The notes under the pieces were generated by a model. The model was not told the origin of the DNA. It saw only the letters and a program-made list of their open reading frames with translations, and made no database searches. From positions 372,001 to 436,000 of the forward strand of contig OZ025687.1 in NCBI GenBank assembly GCA_964019335.1: DNA of 64,000 nucleotides, read 5' to 3'. Of this stretch, positions 23,976-35,112 are shown one piece after another. This stretch comes from Diplonema japonicum (taxonomy: Eukaryota > Protista > Euglenozoa: Diplonemea). Within the stretch, counting starts at the first letter, position 1. Every line of letters begins with the position of its first letter. The position numbers and the translations under genes were made by a program.

Positions 23976-24285
23976 ATTTGCAAAATTAGGGTAAAAATTG
24001 AGGGGAGTAAAATCAAAACTACCTTTATTCACACCCAATGAATTTTCTGTCACTCTTTGGGGGGGAAAAAAGAAGGAAAGGGAACAAAAAAGATTCACCC
24101 GAGTCTTTTGTTGTGAACAAAAATAGCTATGTTATCCCTCTTCTTCTTTTTTATTATCGCCCCCTTCCCCTTAATGCCAACACACCTGTTCACAGCACAG
24201 TATCATAAGAGAAGAACTTTTATAAAAAAAAAAAGAAAAGAAAAAGAAAAAAAAACCAAAAAAAAAAAAAGTGATAAATCACAAA

Positions 24286-27200
24286 ATGTGGTCGGTCCAA
24301 GGCACGACCCTGCTCTTGGTTATGGGAGCCCAGGCTGTGCTCAGCGTAGCCCCTACTTACATAGGTTGCTTTAAAGACGGTACCCCAAGAAAATTCCCTT
24401 TGAAGTCATCAACCTCTGGTTCAGTGACACCAACTATCTGCATGGCAGAGTGCGCAAGCGCAGGTCACACATATGCAGGCCTTACTTCAGGCAACGAGTG
24501 CTGGTGTGCCAGTGACCTCCAGCCCTTGCAGCGTACACACGATGGGCAATGCAGCACCCCCTGTGCTGGTGATGCCGGTCAGATCTGCGGTGGCAACCTC
24601 AAGCTGGCTGTCTACACCGATACCCCCCCTGCTGTCTACGCCCCTATGCTGGAGGGCTGCTTTGAAGATGACGTCGGCTCCAGGAAGCTCCCCCTCAAGG
24701 CCTACGCCTACGACGGCAACACCATCGAGATGTGCACTGGCGTCTGCCAGCACAATGGTTACAAGTACGCCGGCATCCAGTTCGGGAGGGAATGCTTCTG
24801 CGGTAACGACCTCTCCACATCGACACGTGTCCTTGTCACCCGTTGTGACATGGACTGTCCGGGCAATGCTGCCCAGAAGTGCGGTGCCGGTGGCAAGAAC
24901 AGTGTGTACAGGCTGGAGGCGGTCACGTCACCCAAGCCCACCCCCGTCAGGGAGGGCTGCTTCCACGACGAAATCTCGGCCATCCACAACAAGCTTGAGT
25001 TCTTCGCCTACGACAGTGTTGTCAACACCGTGGAGGAGTGCACAGGGCTGTGCCAACACAACGGCTACACGTACGCTGGTCTCCAGTTCGGTATTCAATG
25101 TTACTGCGGCAACAGCATCTCGTCGTCGGTGAGGGCTGGCAACAGTGAGTGCAGCATGGAGTGCCCCGGCAACTCCCTCCAAACGTGCGGTGGGGTCGAC
25201 AGGAACGAGATCTACAGCCTCAAGGCTGTGGTTAAGCCCACGCCTACTGACCTCGTCGGTTGCTTTGTTGACTACAACGAGAGCAGGACGCTGCCCCACT
25301 CTGCCTTCAACGACAGCACAACCACCGTCCAGTACTGTGAGGACTCCTGCCGCGCTAGCGGGTACGCGTACGCTGGTCTGCAGCACGGTGACCAGTGCTG
25401 GTGCGGCAACAACCTCCCCCCTGTTCGCGCTGGAATGGGAGAGTGTGACAGGGTTTGCACTGGTGACGCCTCGGCCACCTGCGGTGGTATTGACAGGAAC
25501 CAGGTGTACGCCATTAACGGTGTCCCAGCATTCCACCCCCCTGCTCTCGTGGGGTGCTTCCACGACAGCATCAATGACAGGGTCTTCGCTCTCGCATTCC
25601 AGAACGACAAGACCACTGCCACTGACTGCCAGGGTGTGTGCCGCCACAATGGGTACAACTACGCTGGTCTGGAATTCAGCACTGAATGCTACTGTGGTAA
25701 CTCCGTGGCCACTGCGCGCCACACTCTCCAGGCCGAGTGCGACATGAATTGTGCCGGGAACTCAAGCCAAGAATGCGGTGGTACCGGGAGACTGCAGGTC
25801 TACGAGGTTGTTGACTTGGCTGATCCCGTGCACCCGACCCCCGAAGTCATGGGCTGCTACAAGGACTCGGGTTCGAACAGGAGGCTGCCCGTCCTGGCTT
25901 GGGACCATGATGACACGACGCAGGAAGCGTGCATTGAGTCTTGCCGTCACAACAACTACGCGTTCGCAGGGCTTCAGTTCGGCAGGCAGTGCTTCTGTGG
26001 TAACACGCTCAGCACTTCGACGCGCACTGCCGACTCTGAATGCAACACTCCTTGCAGTGGCATGACTTCTGAGAACTGCGGTGGTCCCTTGAGGAACTGG
26101 GTGATCAACCTTGAAGGCGCAACCCCCTCGCCCCCTGCGACTGTCTACGAAGGGTGTTACGTCGTTAGCTCCCCCAGGGTACTGTCCTCAGCCGGTTACA
26201 CCGCAAGCGACAACACGATCGAGATGTGCATCTCCGTGTGCCGTCACAACGGCCACACTTTTGCTGGTCTTGACGGTCAGGAATGCCGTTGTGGTAGTGA
26301 CATTACCGGGGCAACATCCACCCCAGAGTCCGAGTGTAACACACCGTGCCCGGGCGACAACACCAAGATCTGTGGTGGATCCAGCCGCAGCAGTATCCAC
26401 AGGATCCCGCCCACCGTTATCCCATCCAACGACTTCTTCGGTTGCTACCTCGAGGGTGCCCTTGACCACAAGGAATTCACCAGATCTGATGCCACGCATG
26501 ACCTCTGTCTGTTGAAGTGCAGTGGTTTGGGTTACACCAAGGCTGCTCTGGAGGAGGGAACTGAATGCTGGTGTGGGAATTCGCTCAACACCGACCGCAC
26601 TATTAGTGCTGAGTGTGACACCGCCTGCTCGGGTGACGCTTCGCAGAAGTGCGGTAGCAGCAACAGGGCTACCGTGTACAGCTTCAACGGCCCCCCTGTG
26701 AGCACCCCTCGCAGCGTCTTGGGGTGCTTCATCGACGACGTCATGGCACGCAAGTTGGACGGGTTCACGTACACTAACGCTGCAAACACTGTTGATGAGT
26801 GCATGGCTGTGTGCTTCACTAACGGGTTTGCGTACGCAGGTCTGCAGAACGGTGACTCCTGCTACTGCGGTGATGACGTTGCGACGTCGATGCGTACTGG
26901 GCTTACCGAGTGCGAAGTTCCGTGTGCCGGGAACATTGCTGAGAACTGTGGTGGTGCTACCAACAACCTTGTCTACAGCTTCAACCCGATTCCCCCCACT
27001 CCAGTCTACAACTTTGTTGGGTGCTTCAAGGGTGGTGTTACTGGTCCTACTTTCTCGTACACCAGCACTGCCATGACGATTGATGAGTGCGCTGATGTGT
27101 GCTCCCACAACAGTCACACCCGCTTCGGTCTGGTGGGCGGAAACCAATGTGTTTGCGGATCTAGCGCTCCCACTGCTGACATGACTGCGCCCTCTGAGTG

Positions 27201-30200
27201 CAACACAGTCTGCACTGGCAACGCTGGTGAGAATTGCGGTGCTAATACTTACCACAGCGTGTATACCTTCGGCTCTCTGCCCACTACACCTGCTTCGCAG
27301 CGCATCGGTTGCTTCGGGGACGATACTATGGCAAGAAAGCTTTCCCTCGCGTACAGCAGTGCGGACAACACTCGCGAGCTGTGCGCTGCCACGTGCCACC
27401 ACAACGGCAACGACTTCTACGCACTGCAAGCGTCTACTGACTGCTACTGCGCGGGTGACATCAGCACCTCCTTGATGACCACTGACAGCGAATGTGACCT
27501 CACTGCCGCTGCGGACAACATGCAGAACGGTGGTGGTGACGCAGAGAATGAAATCTGGAGTTTCACCATGAACACCCCCGGCGCAGCCCCTGCTTCCACG
27601 TCTGTTGGGTGCTTCCAAACACCAACCTTGAACCTACAGTACGCATCCGCTGACAACTCACTGTCCAACTGTGCAATGGCATGCAATTACCACGGTCAGA
27701 ACATCTTTGCTATGAAGAGCAACGAATGCTACTGCGGGGCCTCGGTTACTGGGGGCTCCTGGCTTCAGGAGAGCGAATGCAGCACAGCCTGCCCTGGAAA
27801 CATGGCCGATACGTGTGGCGGTGCCACGACCATGTCTGTCCGCAGATTCAGTGGTTCGGACCCCGTGCTGCCCAGCCACTCTGCGGTTGCTTGCTTCAAG
27901 GACAACGTTTCCATGAGGCAGTTCGCGTTCCTCGCCGGTACTAGCGACTTGACTACCGTTGAGCGCTGTGGGCTGATCTGCAACTACAACGGTTACGACT
28001 TGTTCGCGCTCCAGAACGGGGACTCTTGTTACTGCGGTAGCGCTTACGGCAACGGTGAGCTCACTCACGAGGTTCACTGCTCCACGCAGTGCGCAGGTGA
28101 CAGCGGGGCCAACTGTGGCGGTGCCCTTTACAACATGGTGTACAGCTTCGGTGCCACTGCCGCCATCCCTGATGCTCCTAGCTTCCACTACGACGGGTGC
28201 TATGTCGAGGCGGGGAACTTCGACCTGAACTACCAGCACTCTTCCACCACCCAAGAGCAGTGTGCCCGCGTTTGTCACTTCAACTCATTCAGCTACTTCA
28301 CCATCAGGGATGGTGACAGCTGCTACTGCAGCAACTCGCTGGTCAGCTCTACCAGGAGAGTCTCCGATGAGTGTGAAACCCCTTGTGCAGGTGACAACAG
28401 TCAGAGCTGCGGTGCCACCAACCGTCACCGTGCGTTCAGCTTTACGGCGCCTCCCGCGCTTACACCTGAGTTGGTTGGATGCTTCAAGGACTCAACCTCC
28501 AACAGGAGGCTGACCCTTGCCTACACCAGTAACATCAACACCATCGAAGAGTGCGCAGCAGTGTGCAAGCATAACAATTTCGATTACTTCGGTCTGCAGT
28601 TCAGGTCTGAGTGTTACTGTGGTAGCGCAGCTCAGGCCCAGAACTCGGAAAGGACTGCCATAGATGAGTGCGCTGATAAATGCTCAGGCAACAGCGCTCA
28701 GATCTGCGGTGACGGCAACCGCAACAGCATCTACTCATTCGTGGGTGTTCCATCCGAGCCGACTAGGCACCACGTCGGGTGCTACGCAGACTCCAGCTCT
28801 AGCAGGATGTTCACCAGAGTGTACCGTGACTCCACTAAGAACAGCCAGGCGGAGTGCGCTCATGCGTGCCACTGGAATGGTTACAAGTTCTTTGGTCTTC
28901 AGAACAGAGATGAGTGCTACTGCGGGAACTCTTTGTCTTCTTCCGTCGGGAGGGCCGCCAGCACATCTTGCGACCTTGCCTGCAGCGATAGCTCTGTGGG
29001 TGGCATCTGTGGTGGTCACCTTGAGAACAGCGTGTACGCGTTCAACATGGCTGACATCCCAGTCTTCCCGGCAGGCGAGCACTTGGGTTGCTACACGGAC
29101 AGCTCCAGCAACAGGGTCCTGAGCGGCCCCAGCTACACTCTCGTCCCAACGAACACACCCGCTGAGTGCGGTGCGTTCTGTCACTCGCGTGGCTACGACT
29201 GGTTCGGTGTTGAGTACAGTAACGAGTGCTACTGTGGGAACAGCATGACGTCTGGCTCCCAACGTACCCTGCTGAGCGACTGTGATGACACCTGCTCTGG
29301 TGACTCGAATCTGATCTGCGGTGGTGGTAACCGTATCAACATCTACAGCTTTGTCGGTCTCCCCCCATCGCCCGGTACTCTGGATCATGTGGGTTGCTAC
29401 GAGGACAGCACCTCGAGCAGGAGGCTGACCCTCCAGTACACCTCGTCAGAGAACACCATCGAACGCTGCGCTGAGGTTTGCTTCTACAACGGCTTCGACT
29501 ACGTCGGTGTGCAGGACAGGGACGAGTGCTACTGCGGGAACAGCCTTGCGACCTCGCAGCGCACGATCTCGGAGTTCTGCAACCGAGCCTGTGATGGCAA
29601 CCCAGCGCAGAACTGCGGTGGCAACCTCGAGAACAGCATCCACAGCTTTGTGGGGCTTCCAACAGCCCCCAGCCCTCCCACACATGTCGGGTGCATGGTG
29701 GACAGCAACTCGAACAGGATCTTCTCGCTTGTGTACCAGGACAGCTCCCTCACCATGGCACAGTGTTCAGAGGTGTGCTTCTACAGGGGCGCTGCTTACT
29801 CTGGTACCCAGAACGGCAACCAGTGTTGGTGTGGTACCCAGGCGCAGTTCGATGCGGCTAGGCGCACTGCCACCGACCTCTGCAACGTCGACTGCGAAGG
29901 TGACAACAGCGAGAAGTGTGGTGCTCCTTTCCTGAACAGTGTCAACGCCCTGCTCACGGCACCTACGTACCCCTCCTACAACTACCAGGGCTGCTTCAGG
30001 GACTCTCTGCCTCACAAGATCAACGCCTTCAACTACATCTCGGTAAACGGGAACGACAGGGACGAGTGCTTCAGGGCGTGCAACCACAACGGGTACACCT
30101 ACGCCGCCCTGCAGTTCGGGAGGGAGTGCTACTGCGGTGACGACCTTTCCACCTCTTCCAGGACTGTTTCCGCGGAATGCAACCAGCAGTGTCCGGGCGA

Positions 30201-31149
30201 CAACAGTCAGACCTGCGGTAGTTCCGGCAGGAACGAGGTGTACTCCACAGCCGCTACACCCACGGCGCCAACATACTACCAGGTAGGGTGCTTCAAGGAC
30301 GACGGGAATGATAGAAAGATGGGCAACTACATCTTCAAGAACAGCGCGACCACTTACGAGGAGTGTGCCTTGGCGTGCCATCATGATGGGCGTGAGTACT
30401 TTGCCATCCAGGCAGGCGACGAGTGCTACTGCGGTGATGACATCTCAGCGATTGAGCGTACTTTCACGCAGGCTTGCGACACACCGGTGGCGGGCAACCC
30501 GACCCAAAAGCTTGGCGGCGGGTTTCATCTTCTGATGGTGTTCAAGTTGAGTTGGTTCCCCAACGCGCCGTCACCGGTGCTCCAGGGGTGCTTCAAGGAC
30601 TCCTCGTCGAACAGGAGGATGACGTTCGCCTTCCTTGACAACTCGATCACCCGCGGGGAATGCTCGAACGTTTGCAGGCACAACGGGTACACCTATGCAG
30701 GTCTCCAGTCAGGTACTGAGTGCTGGTGCTCGAACACCCTCACCAACGCGAAGCGTACTGGCATCGGTGCCTGCAAAACTAAGTGCAGGGGGTGGGACGC
30801 ACAGACCTGCGGTGGTTCCTTCAGGAACGAGGTGTACGCAGTTGTCGATGTTCCAGCACAACCCGCGCCTGTGAGCGAGGGTACATGCAGGAAGGAGACT
30901 TCTTCCAACAGAATGTTCACTTACCAGTACCAGTCCAGCAGCTACACGACTATCGATGACTGCTCCGGTGTCTGCAGGCACAATGGGTTCGTTTACGCTG
31001 GTCTCCAGAACGGGAAAGAATGCTGGTGTGGCGCGACAGACAACTACTTGACATACCCTGAGTCGGGTAACTGCTGGAAGGCATGCTCCGGTGGCGGGAC
31101 GCCTGCGTACTGTGGTGGTCCGTTTGTGAACCGTATTTTCAGGGTGTAG
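24286..31149 (+). CDS. Secreted protein of 23 tandem WSC (carbohydrate-binding) domains, 2287 aa, intronless
   Basis: Signal peptide MWSVQGTTLLLVMGAQAVLS. 23 units of about 99 aa with GC[FY]xD..C..C..AG.Q.G.EC[WYF]CG..C..C.G..CGG. No TM segment and no catalytic domain. Confidence 0.93.
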   Translation: MWSVQGTTLLLVMGAQAVLSVAPTYIGCFKDGTPRKFPLKSSTSGSVTPTICMAECASAGHTYAGLTSGNECWCASDLQPLQRTHDGQCSTPCAGDAGQICGGNLKLAVYTDTPPAVYAPMLEGCFEDDVGSRKLPLKAYAYDGNTIEMCTGVCQHNGYKYAGIQFGRECFCGNDLSTSTRVLVTRCDMDCPGNAAQKCGAGGKNSVYRLEAVTSPKPTPVREGCFHDEISAIHNKLEFFAYDSVVNTVEECTGLCQHNGYTYAGLQFGIQCYCGNSISSSVRAGNSECSMECPGNSLQTCGGVDRNEIYSLKAVVKPTPTDLVGCFVDYNESRTLPHSAFNDSTTTVQYCEDSCRASGYAYAGLQHGDQCWCGNNLPPVRAGMGECDRVCTGDASATCGGIDRNQVYAINGVPAFHPPALVGCFHDSINDRVFALAFQNDKTTATDCQGVCRHNGYNYAGLEFSTECYCGNSVATARHTLQAECDMNCAGNSSQECGGTGRLQVYEVVDLADPVHPTPEVMGCYKDSGSNRRLPVLAWDHDDTTQEACIESCRHNNYAFAGLQFGRQCFCGNTLSTSTRTADSECNTPCSGMTSENCGGPLRNWVINLEGATPSPPATVYEGCYVVSSPRVLSSAGYTASDNTIEMCISVCRHNGHTFAGLDGQECRCGSDITGATSTPESECNTPCPGDNTKICGGSSRSSIHRIPPTVIPSNDFFGCYLEGALDHKEFTRSDATHDLCLLKCSGLGYTKAALEEGTECWCGNSLNTDRTISAECDTACSGDASQKCGSSNRATVYSFNGPPVSTPRSVLGCFIDDVMARKLDGFTYTNAANTVDECMAVCFTNGFAYAGLQNGDSCYCGDDVATSMRTGLTECEVPCAGNIAENCGGATNNLVYSFNPIPPTPVYNFVGCFKGGVTGPTFSYTSTAMTIDECADVCSHNSHTRFGLVGGNQCVCGSSAPTADMTAPSECNTVCTGNAGENCGANTYHSVYTFGSLPTTPASQRIGCFGDDTMARKLSLAYSSADNTRELCAATCHHNGNDFYALQASTDCYCAGDISTSLMTTDSECDLTAAADNMQNGGGDAENEIWSFTMNTPGAAPASTSVGCFQTPTLNLQYASADNSLSNCAMACNYHGQNIFAMKSNECYCGASVTGGSWLQESECSTACPGNMADTCGGATTMSVRRFSGSDPVLPSHSAVACFKDNVSMRQFAFLAGTSDLTTVERCGLICNYNGYDLFALQNGDSCYCGSAYGNGELTHEVHCSTQCAGDSGANCGGALYNMVYSFGATAAIPDAPSFHYDGCYVEAGNFDLNYQHSSTTQEQCARVCHFNSFSYFTIRDGDSCYCSNSLVSSTRRVSDECETPCAGDNSQSCGATNRHRAFSFTAPPALTPELVGCFKDSTSNRRLTLAYTSNINTIEECAAVCKHNNFDYFGLQFRSECYCGSAAQAQNSERTAIDECADKCSGNSAQICGDGNRNSIYSFVGVPSEPTRHHVGCYADSSSSRMFTRVYRDSTKNSQAECAHACHWNGYKFFGLQNRDECYCGNSLSSSVGRAASTSCDLACSDSSVGGICGGHLENSVYAFNMADIPVFPAGEHLGCYTDSSSNRVLSGPSYTLVPTNTPAECGAFCHSRGYDWFGVEYSNECYCGNSMTSGSQRTLLSDCDDTCSGDSNLICGGGNRINIYSFVGLPPSPGTLDHVGCYEDSTSSRRLTLQYTSSENTIERCAEVCFYNGFDYVGVQDRDECYCGNSLATSQRTISEFCNRACDGNPAQNCGGNLENSIHSFVGLPTAPSPPTHVGCMVDSNSNRIFSLVYQDSSLTMAQCSEVCFYRGAAYSGTQNGNQCWCGTQAQFDAARRTATDLCNVDCEGDNSEKCGAPFLNSVNALLTAPTYPSYNYQGCFRDSLPHKINAFNYISVNGNDRDECFRACNHNGYTYAALQFGRECYCGDDLSTSSRTVSAECNQQCPGDNSQTCGSSGRNEVYSTAATPTAPTYYQVGCFKDDGNDRKMGNYIFKNSATTYEECALACHHDGREYFAIQAGDECYCGDDISAIERTFTQACDTPVAGNPTQKLGGGFHLLMVFKLSWFPNAPSPVLQGCFKDSSSNRRMTFAFLDNSITRGECSNVCRHNGYTYAGLQSGTECWCSNTLTNAKRTGIGACKTKCRGWDAQTCGGSFRNEVYAVVDVPAQPAPVSEGTCRKETSSNRMFTYQYQSSSYTTIDDCSGVCRHNGFVYAGLQNGKECWCGATDNYLTYPESGNCWKACSGGGTPAYCGGPFVNRIFRV

Positions 31150-31489
31150 AGGGAGATTAGGGTAATTTAAAATTTAAAAAAAAAAAAAAAAAGTAGAAAT
31201 CGTTTTGCCGTGTATATGTTAAGTCCCCCTCACGGAAGAAAATGTGGGCCATGAAAAAGCAGTAGTGGTTCAAAAGAGGCGAACGGGTGAAATTAAAAAA
31301 AAAAAAAAACTACTTACTTACCTGCAAAAAAAAAAGAGAAAAAGTGACGTGTATTGTTTAAACCTCTTGATTTACCTTCTTTTCTTCTTCTTTTTTTTTT
31401 CCCCTTCGTGTAAGAAGAAAAGAAAAAAAAAAGAAAAAAAAGAAAAAAGTAAACTCGGCCTCATTTGTTTGGTAATAAATGGGGGGTTT

Positions 31490-31531
<42 letters not shown>

Positions 31532-31554
31532 ATAAGGGAGCGAAGGAAGAGGGG

Positions 31555-31599
<45 letters not shown>

Positions 31600-32561
31600 C
31601 TCCCCAAACACATTTTTCACCACTCATCCCCCCCCCCCCCCCCCCCCGGCCTGTTGCATTCTTTTAAATATCCCTATTCACCCGCCCCCCGTTTTCCAGA
31701 AAAAAAAAGGAGTGCAAAAAAGGGAGGGGAAGATTGCAAGAAGACATTAAAAACCAACTATGTAGTGTACCAGATCTTCTGTCAGTTTCCCCTCTTTTTT
31801 TTTCTTTTTTTATTTGCTCTCCTTTCCCAGACCTTATGTCGATTCCCCCCCCCCCCCCCTCTTTCTTTTTCAACGCCAGCGTCGCTTCGTGGACTCCTTT
31901 CCCCCCTTTTTTTTTTACTCTGCACCCCCTTTTTTTTATTCTCGTATCCCCTGTAGTTTTACATTAACCCTTTTTTTATATAGGTAGTAGGTCTAGGTTT
32001 TTTTTTTTAAATATTTTTTTGAATGGGAAAAAAAAAAAAAAAAAAAAAAAAAAAGACAAAGAACTAGGGAAAGCAAGTGCGGACAAAGGGGAAAACCGCT
32101 GCTCTCCCCCCCCCCCCCCTCCCAAAAAAGATTGTAGTTTTTGACTCGGGGAAAAGAAGAAACGGGGGGGAAAAAAAAAAGAAAAGAAAAGGCGCAACAA
32201 CCCTTTGCCTTGGTCATAAGCATTTTCCATAGTTGTTGTGCAAATTCTTTTTTTTTTTTTTTTGAAGAACGAATAGTCAAAACTGCATGGAAGCAGTCCG
32301 TCTCTCTCCGGTTTTTTTTTTTTTTTTTTTCCCCTTAACCCATCCTCACTCCTCATTTTTGTTGCCCCTCCCCGATTCCCCCACTCCCTTTTTATTTCAC
32401 CCGTTTGCACTATGTCTCAAGAAAAAAAAGAAGAAAAAAAAAAAAAAAAAAACTGGAAAAACAATACGGAAACTGACTTTGACAACTGCCTGTTTCTCCT
32501 GGGGGATTTGTTTCTTTGTTTCTCTTTTTTTTTCTTCTTTTTCTCCTCGTGTTATCCCTGT

Positions 32562-32601
<40 letters not shown>

Positions 32602-33753
32602 CCCTGTGTTCGTCAAAGAGGTAAGGAGAACCGAGGTATTTTTTTTTTTGAAAAAAAACTATCACCGGGGAAAAAAAAATGGGAACAAAAAAAAAAAAGA
32701 GAACCTACTGTACAAAGAAAAAAAAAGAATGAGAGACTGGAAAAGAAAGAAAGAAAAAAAAATGAAAGGACACCTGTCGTTACCTTTCTGTTGTTTTTTT
32801 TTTTTTTAATTCCTTTTCTCCAAGGAGGGAATGGAAAAGCAAAAAAAAAAAAAAGAGAGAACAATAAACAAAAAAAAAAGAAGAATAGCGCAGTATATCC
32901 CCCTCCCCCTGCCTCTTCCTTTTTTTTTTTAATTCTTTGGTAGGCAGCGGCTAACAACTTCTTCCCCATCATAAGAAAATATTTTTATCTTTTTATTTCC
33001 TCCCCTTTAAAAAAAAAAAAGATTGCAACTAATGTGTTTTGGCCTTCCCCCCATCATTCCCGTTTTCTTTTATTTAGCACTGTGTGTTTCCCTCCTCCCC
33101 CCTCCCCCTCCAGAGCTGACACAGGGCAATGAAGCATTCCAGGTGTGAAGTCATGGATGGGCAAAGGGGGGGTATTTTTTTTTTCGGAGAAGCGGGAAAA
33201 AAAGAAACTGAGTAAATCTTCACACAATCCAACCCTCTCCACTTTTTTGATCAACTACAGTTTCATCAGGGGGTCAAGAAAGTGTCTTCACCGTTCTTTT
33301 TTTTTTTTTTTTTTTTTGCGCCTTGTTCCCGTCTTCACTTCCCCTTTCCCCCCCCCTTTTTTTTTACCCCCTCGATTTTTTTTTTTTTGGTTAGTTTAGT
33401 TTCCTCTTCCCCCCCGTTTCCCCTCTCTCTCTTTTATTTTCCTTTTTTTTTTCCCTCTGCTGTTGAGGGGGAAGAAAGAGAAAAAAAAAAGACACAGATA
33501 AATGAAGGGAGAGAGGGAAAGGGGGGGGGGGGGGGGGGAGGAGCAGCAACACATCGGGAGATTGGAGTTGCACCATCTTGCGAACTTCCCACAAGCCCCT
33601 TTATTTCCACTCTTTTCATTGATTATTCCCTTCCCCTTACTTCGTTCTTTCCCCATCCCTGTTTTCCCTGCAACCCCTTGTTTCTTTAAAACATCATAAG
33701 TTGAGTTTTTAATTTAAAAAAAAAAAGAACTGCAAAGAAGTAAATGTGAAGGG

Positions 33754-33791
<38 letters not shown>

Positions 33792-35112
33792 CTTTGAACT
33801 TATGATTGCCAAGAAAGAATGGTCCGTAGGCCACGTCTGAAGTATTTAAAAAAAAAAAAAAAAAAAAAAAAAATATAGTAGTCGGAAAGGGGGGAGAAAG
33901 GGTAAGAGGGGAGAAAAGTTTTTTTCCCGTTATTCCCCTTGAAATTGGCACGCCACTGCCCCCTTTCAGTTTTGCTACCTTTTTTTTTTCCCACCCAAAA
34001 CTCTGCGAGAATAACTAAAAAGAAAGAAGAAGGAAAAAAAAAAAAAATCTTCATAGTGCCTGTAATGAAGATAAGTGGGAACGGGAGCCTTCAGCCTGGA
34101 ATTTTAGTAATTGCTTTTTTTTTTTTTTGTTTTTTTTTGTTTTTTTGTGTGTGTACGTCCCCTCTTATTTCTCTATAAAGCCTCCCTACCCCCCTTTTTT
34201 TTCCCCGTTTTTTTTCCTTCGCAAAAAAAAAAAAAAACTTTTGACAACTGAAGTTATCTTCTTCTCATGCCTTGTTCGACAAAAAAAAGTGGAGGCAGCA
34301 GAAGGAACAGAAACCCTTTGCACCTTCCCCTTCGCTCCAGTAGTTTATATTTTCTCCCCCCTCCTACAAGAACCAAATGCGCTTTTTTCATCTCAAAATA
34401 AAATTGCCTCCCCCCCCCCCCCCCCCCTCTTTCTTTTCTTCTTTTTTGTTTTGGTTTTTCACTCTTTTCTTTGTTTCTTTACATCATTCAAAGAGTGATT
34501 GGAGAAAACTTAAAAAAAGATTTTGAAAAAGAACAAAAAAAGCGGGGGGGGGGGGGGGGGAGCTAAATGGATGCGGGGAGAAAAAAAAATGAAAATATCA
34601 CACCAAAAGAAAAAAGAAAACACTTTACAACAAAAAAAAAAAGCAACAACAAGAAAAAAAGAGGACAACAAAACCGAAGAAGGGGGGAGAAAAAAGAAGA
34701 AAAAAAGAAAAGGAAACATCCTCTTCCTCAGCCAGTACCCCCTGCTCCACCTTTCCAACAAAAGTGAAGATACTTGTGGGGCCTCGGGGCATAGAGCCCA
34801 GGCTTTTTTTTTTTTTTTTTTCTTTCTCTCCTACCTCCCCCTACTCCCAATTATCCCTTTTATCACGTACCCACTTGTTTCCTCTCTTTTTTTTTCTTTT
34901 TTTTTTCTTCTCCTTTCCTCCCACTTTCATCCCCCTTTTTATTTATTTTTTTCTCACCCACCTCCACCCCTTTTTTTTTATTTATTTCTCCCCCCTCCCC
35001 TCCCACCAAACCCTCACTCCCTTTTTTTTTTTTCTCCTTTTTTTTTTCCCCCCCTCTCTTACCCCTTTCAAATTTTTTTTTTAAACTCAGTGGGGGGGAA
35101 ACAAAAAAAAAA

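Noticed and set aside
23986-24000. TTAGGG telomere-like hexamers (also at 31157)
   Set aside because: Isolated single copies, not tandem arrays.
24286-31149. CRISPR-like or other prokaryotic repeat arrays
   Set aside because: The repeats are diverged protein-coding WSC units, and the window is eukaryotic with spliceosomal introns.
34770-34803. tRNA T-arm-like sequence on the - strand
   Set aside because: No TTCRA, no cloverleaf, and upstream sequence is a homopolymer.
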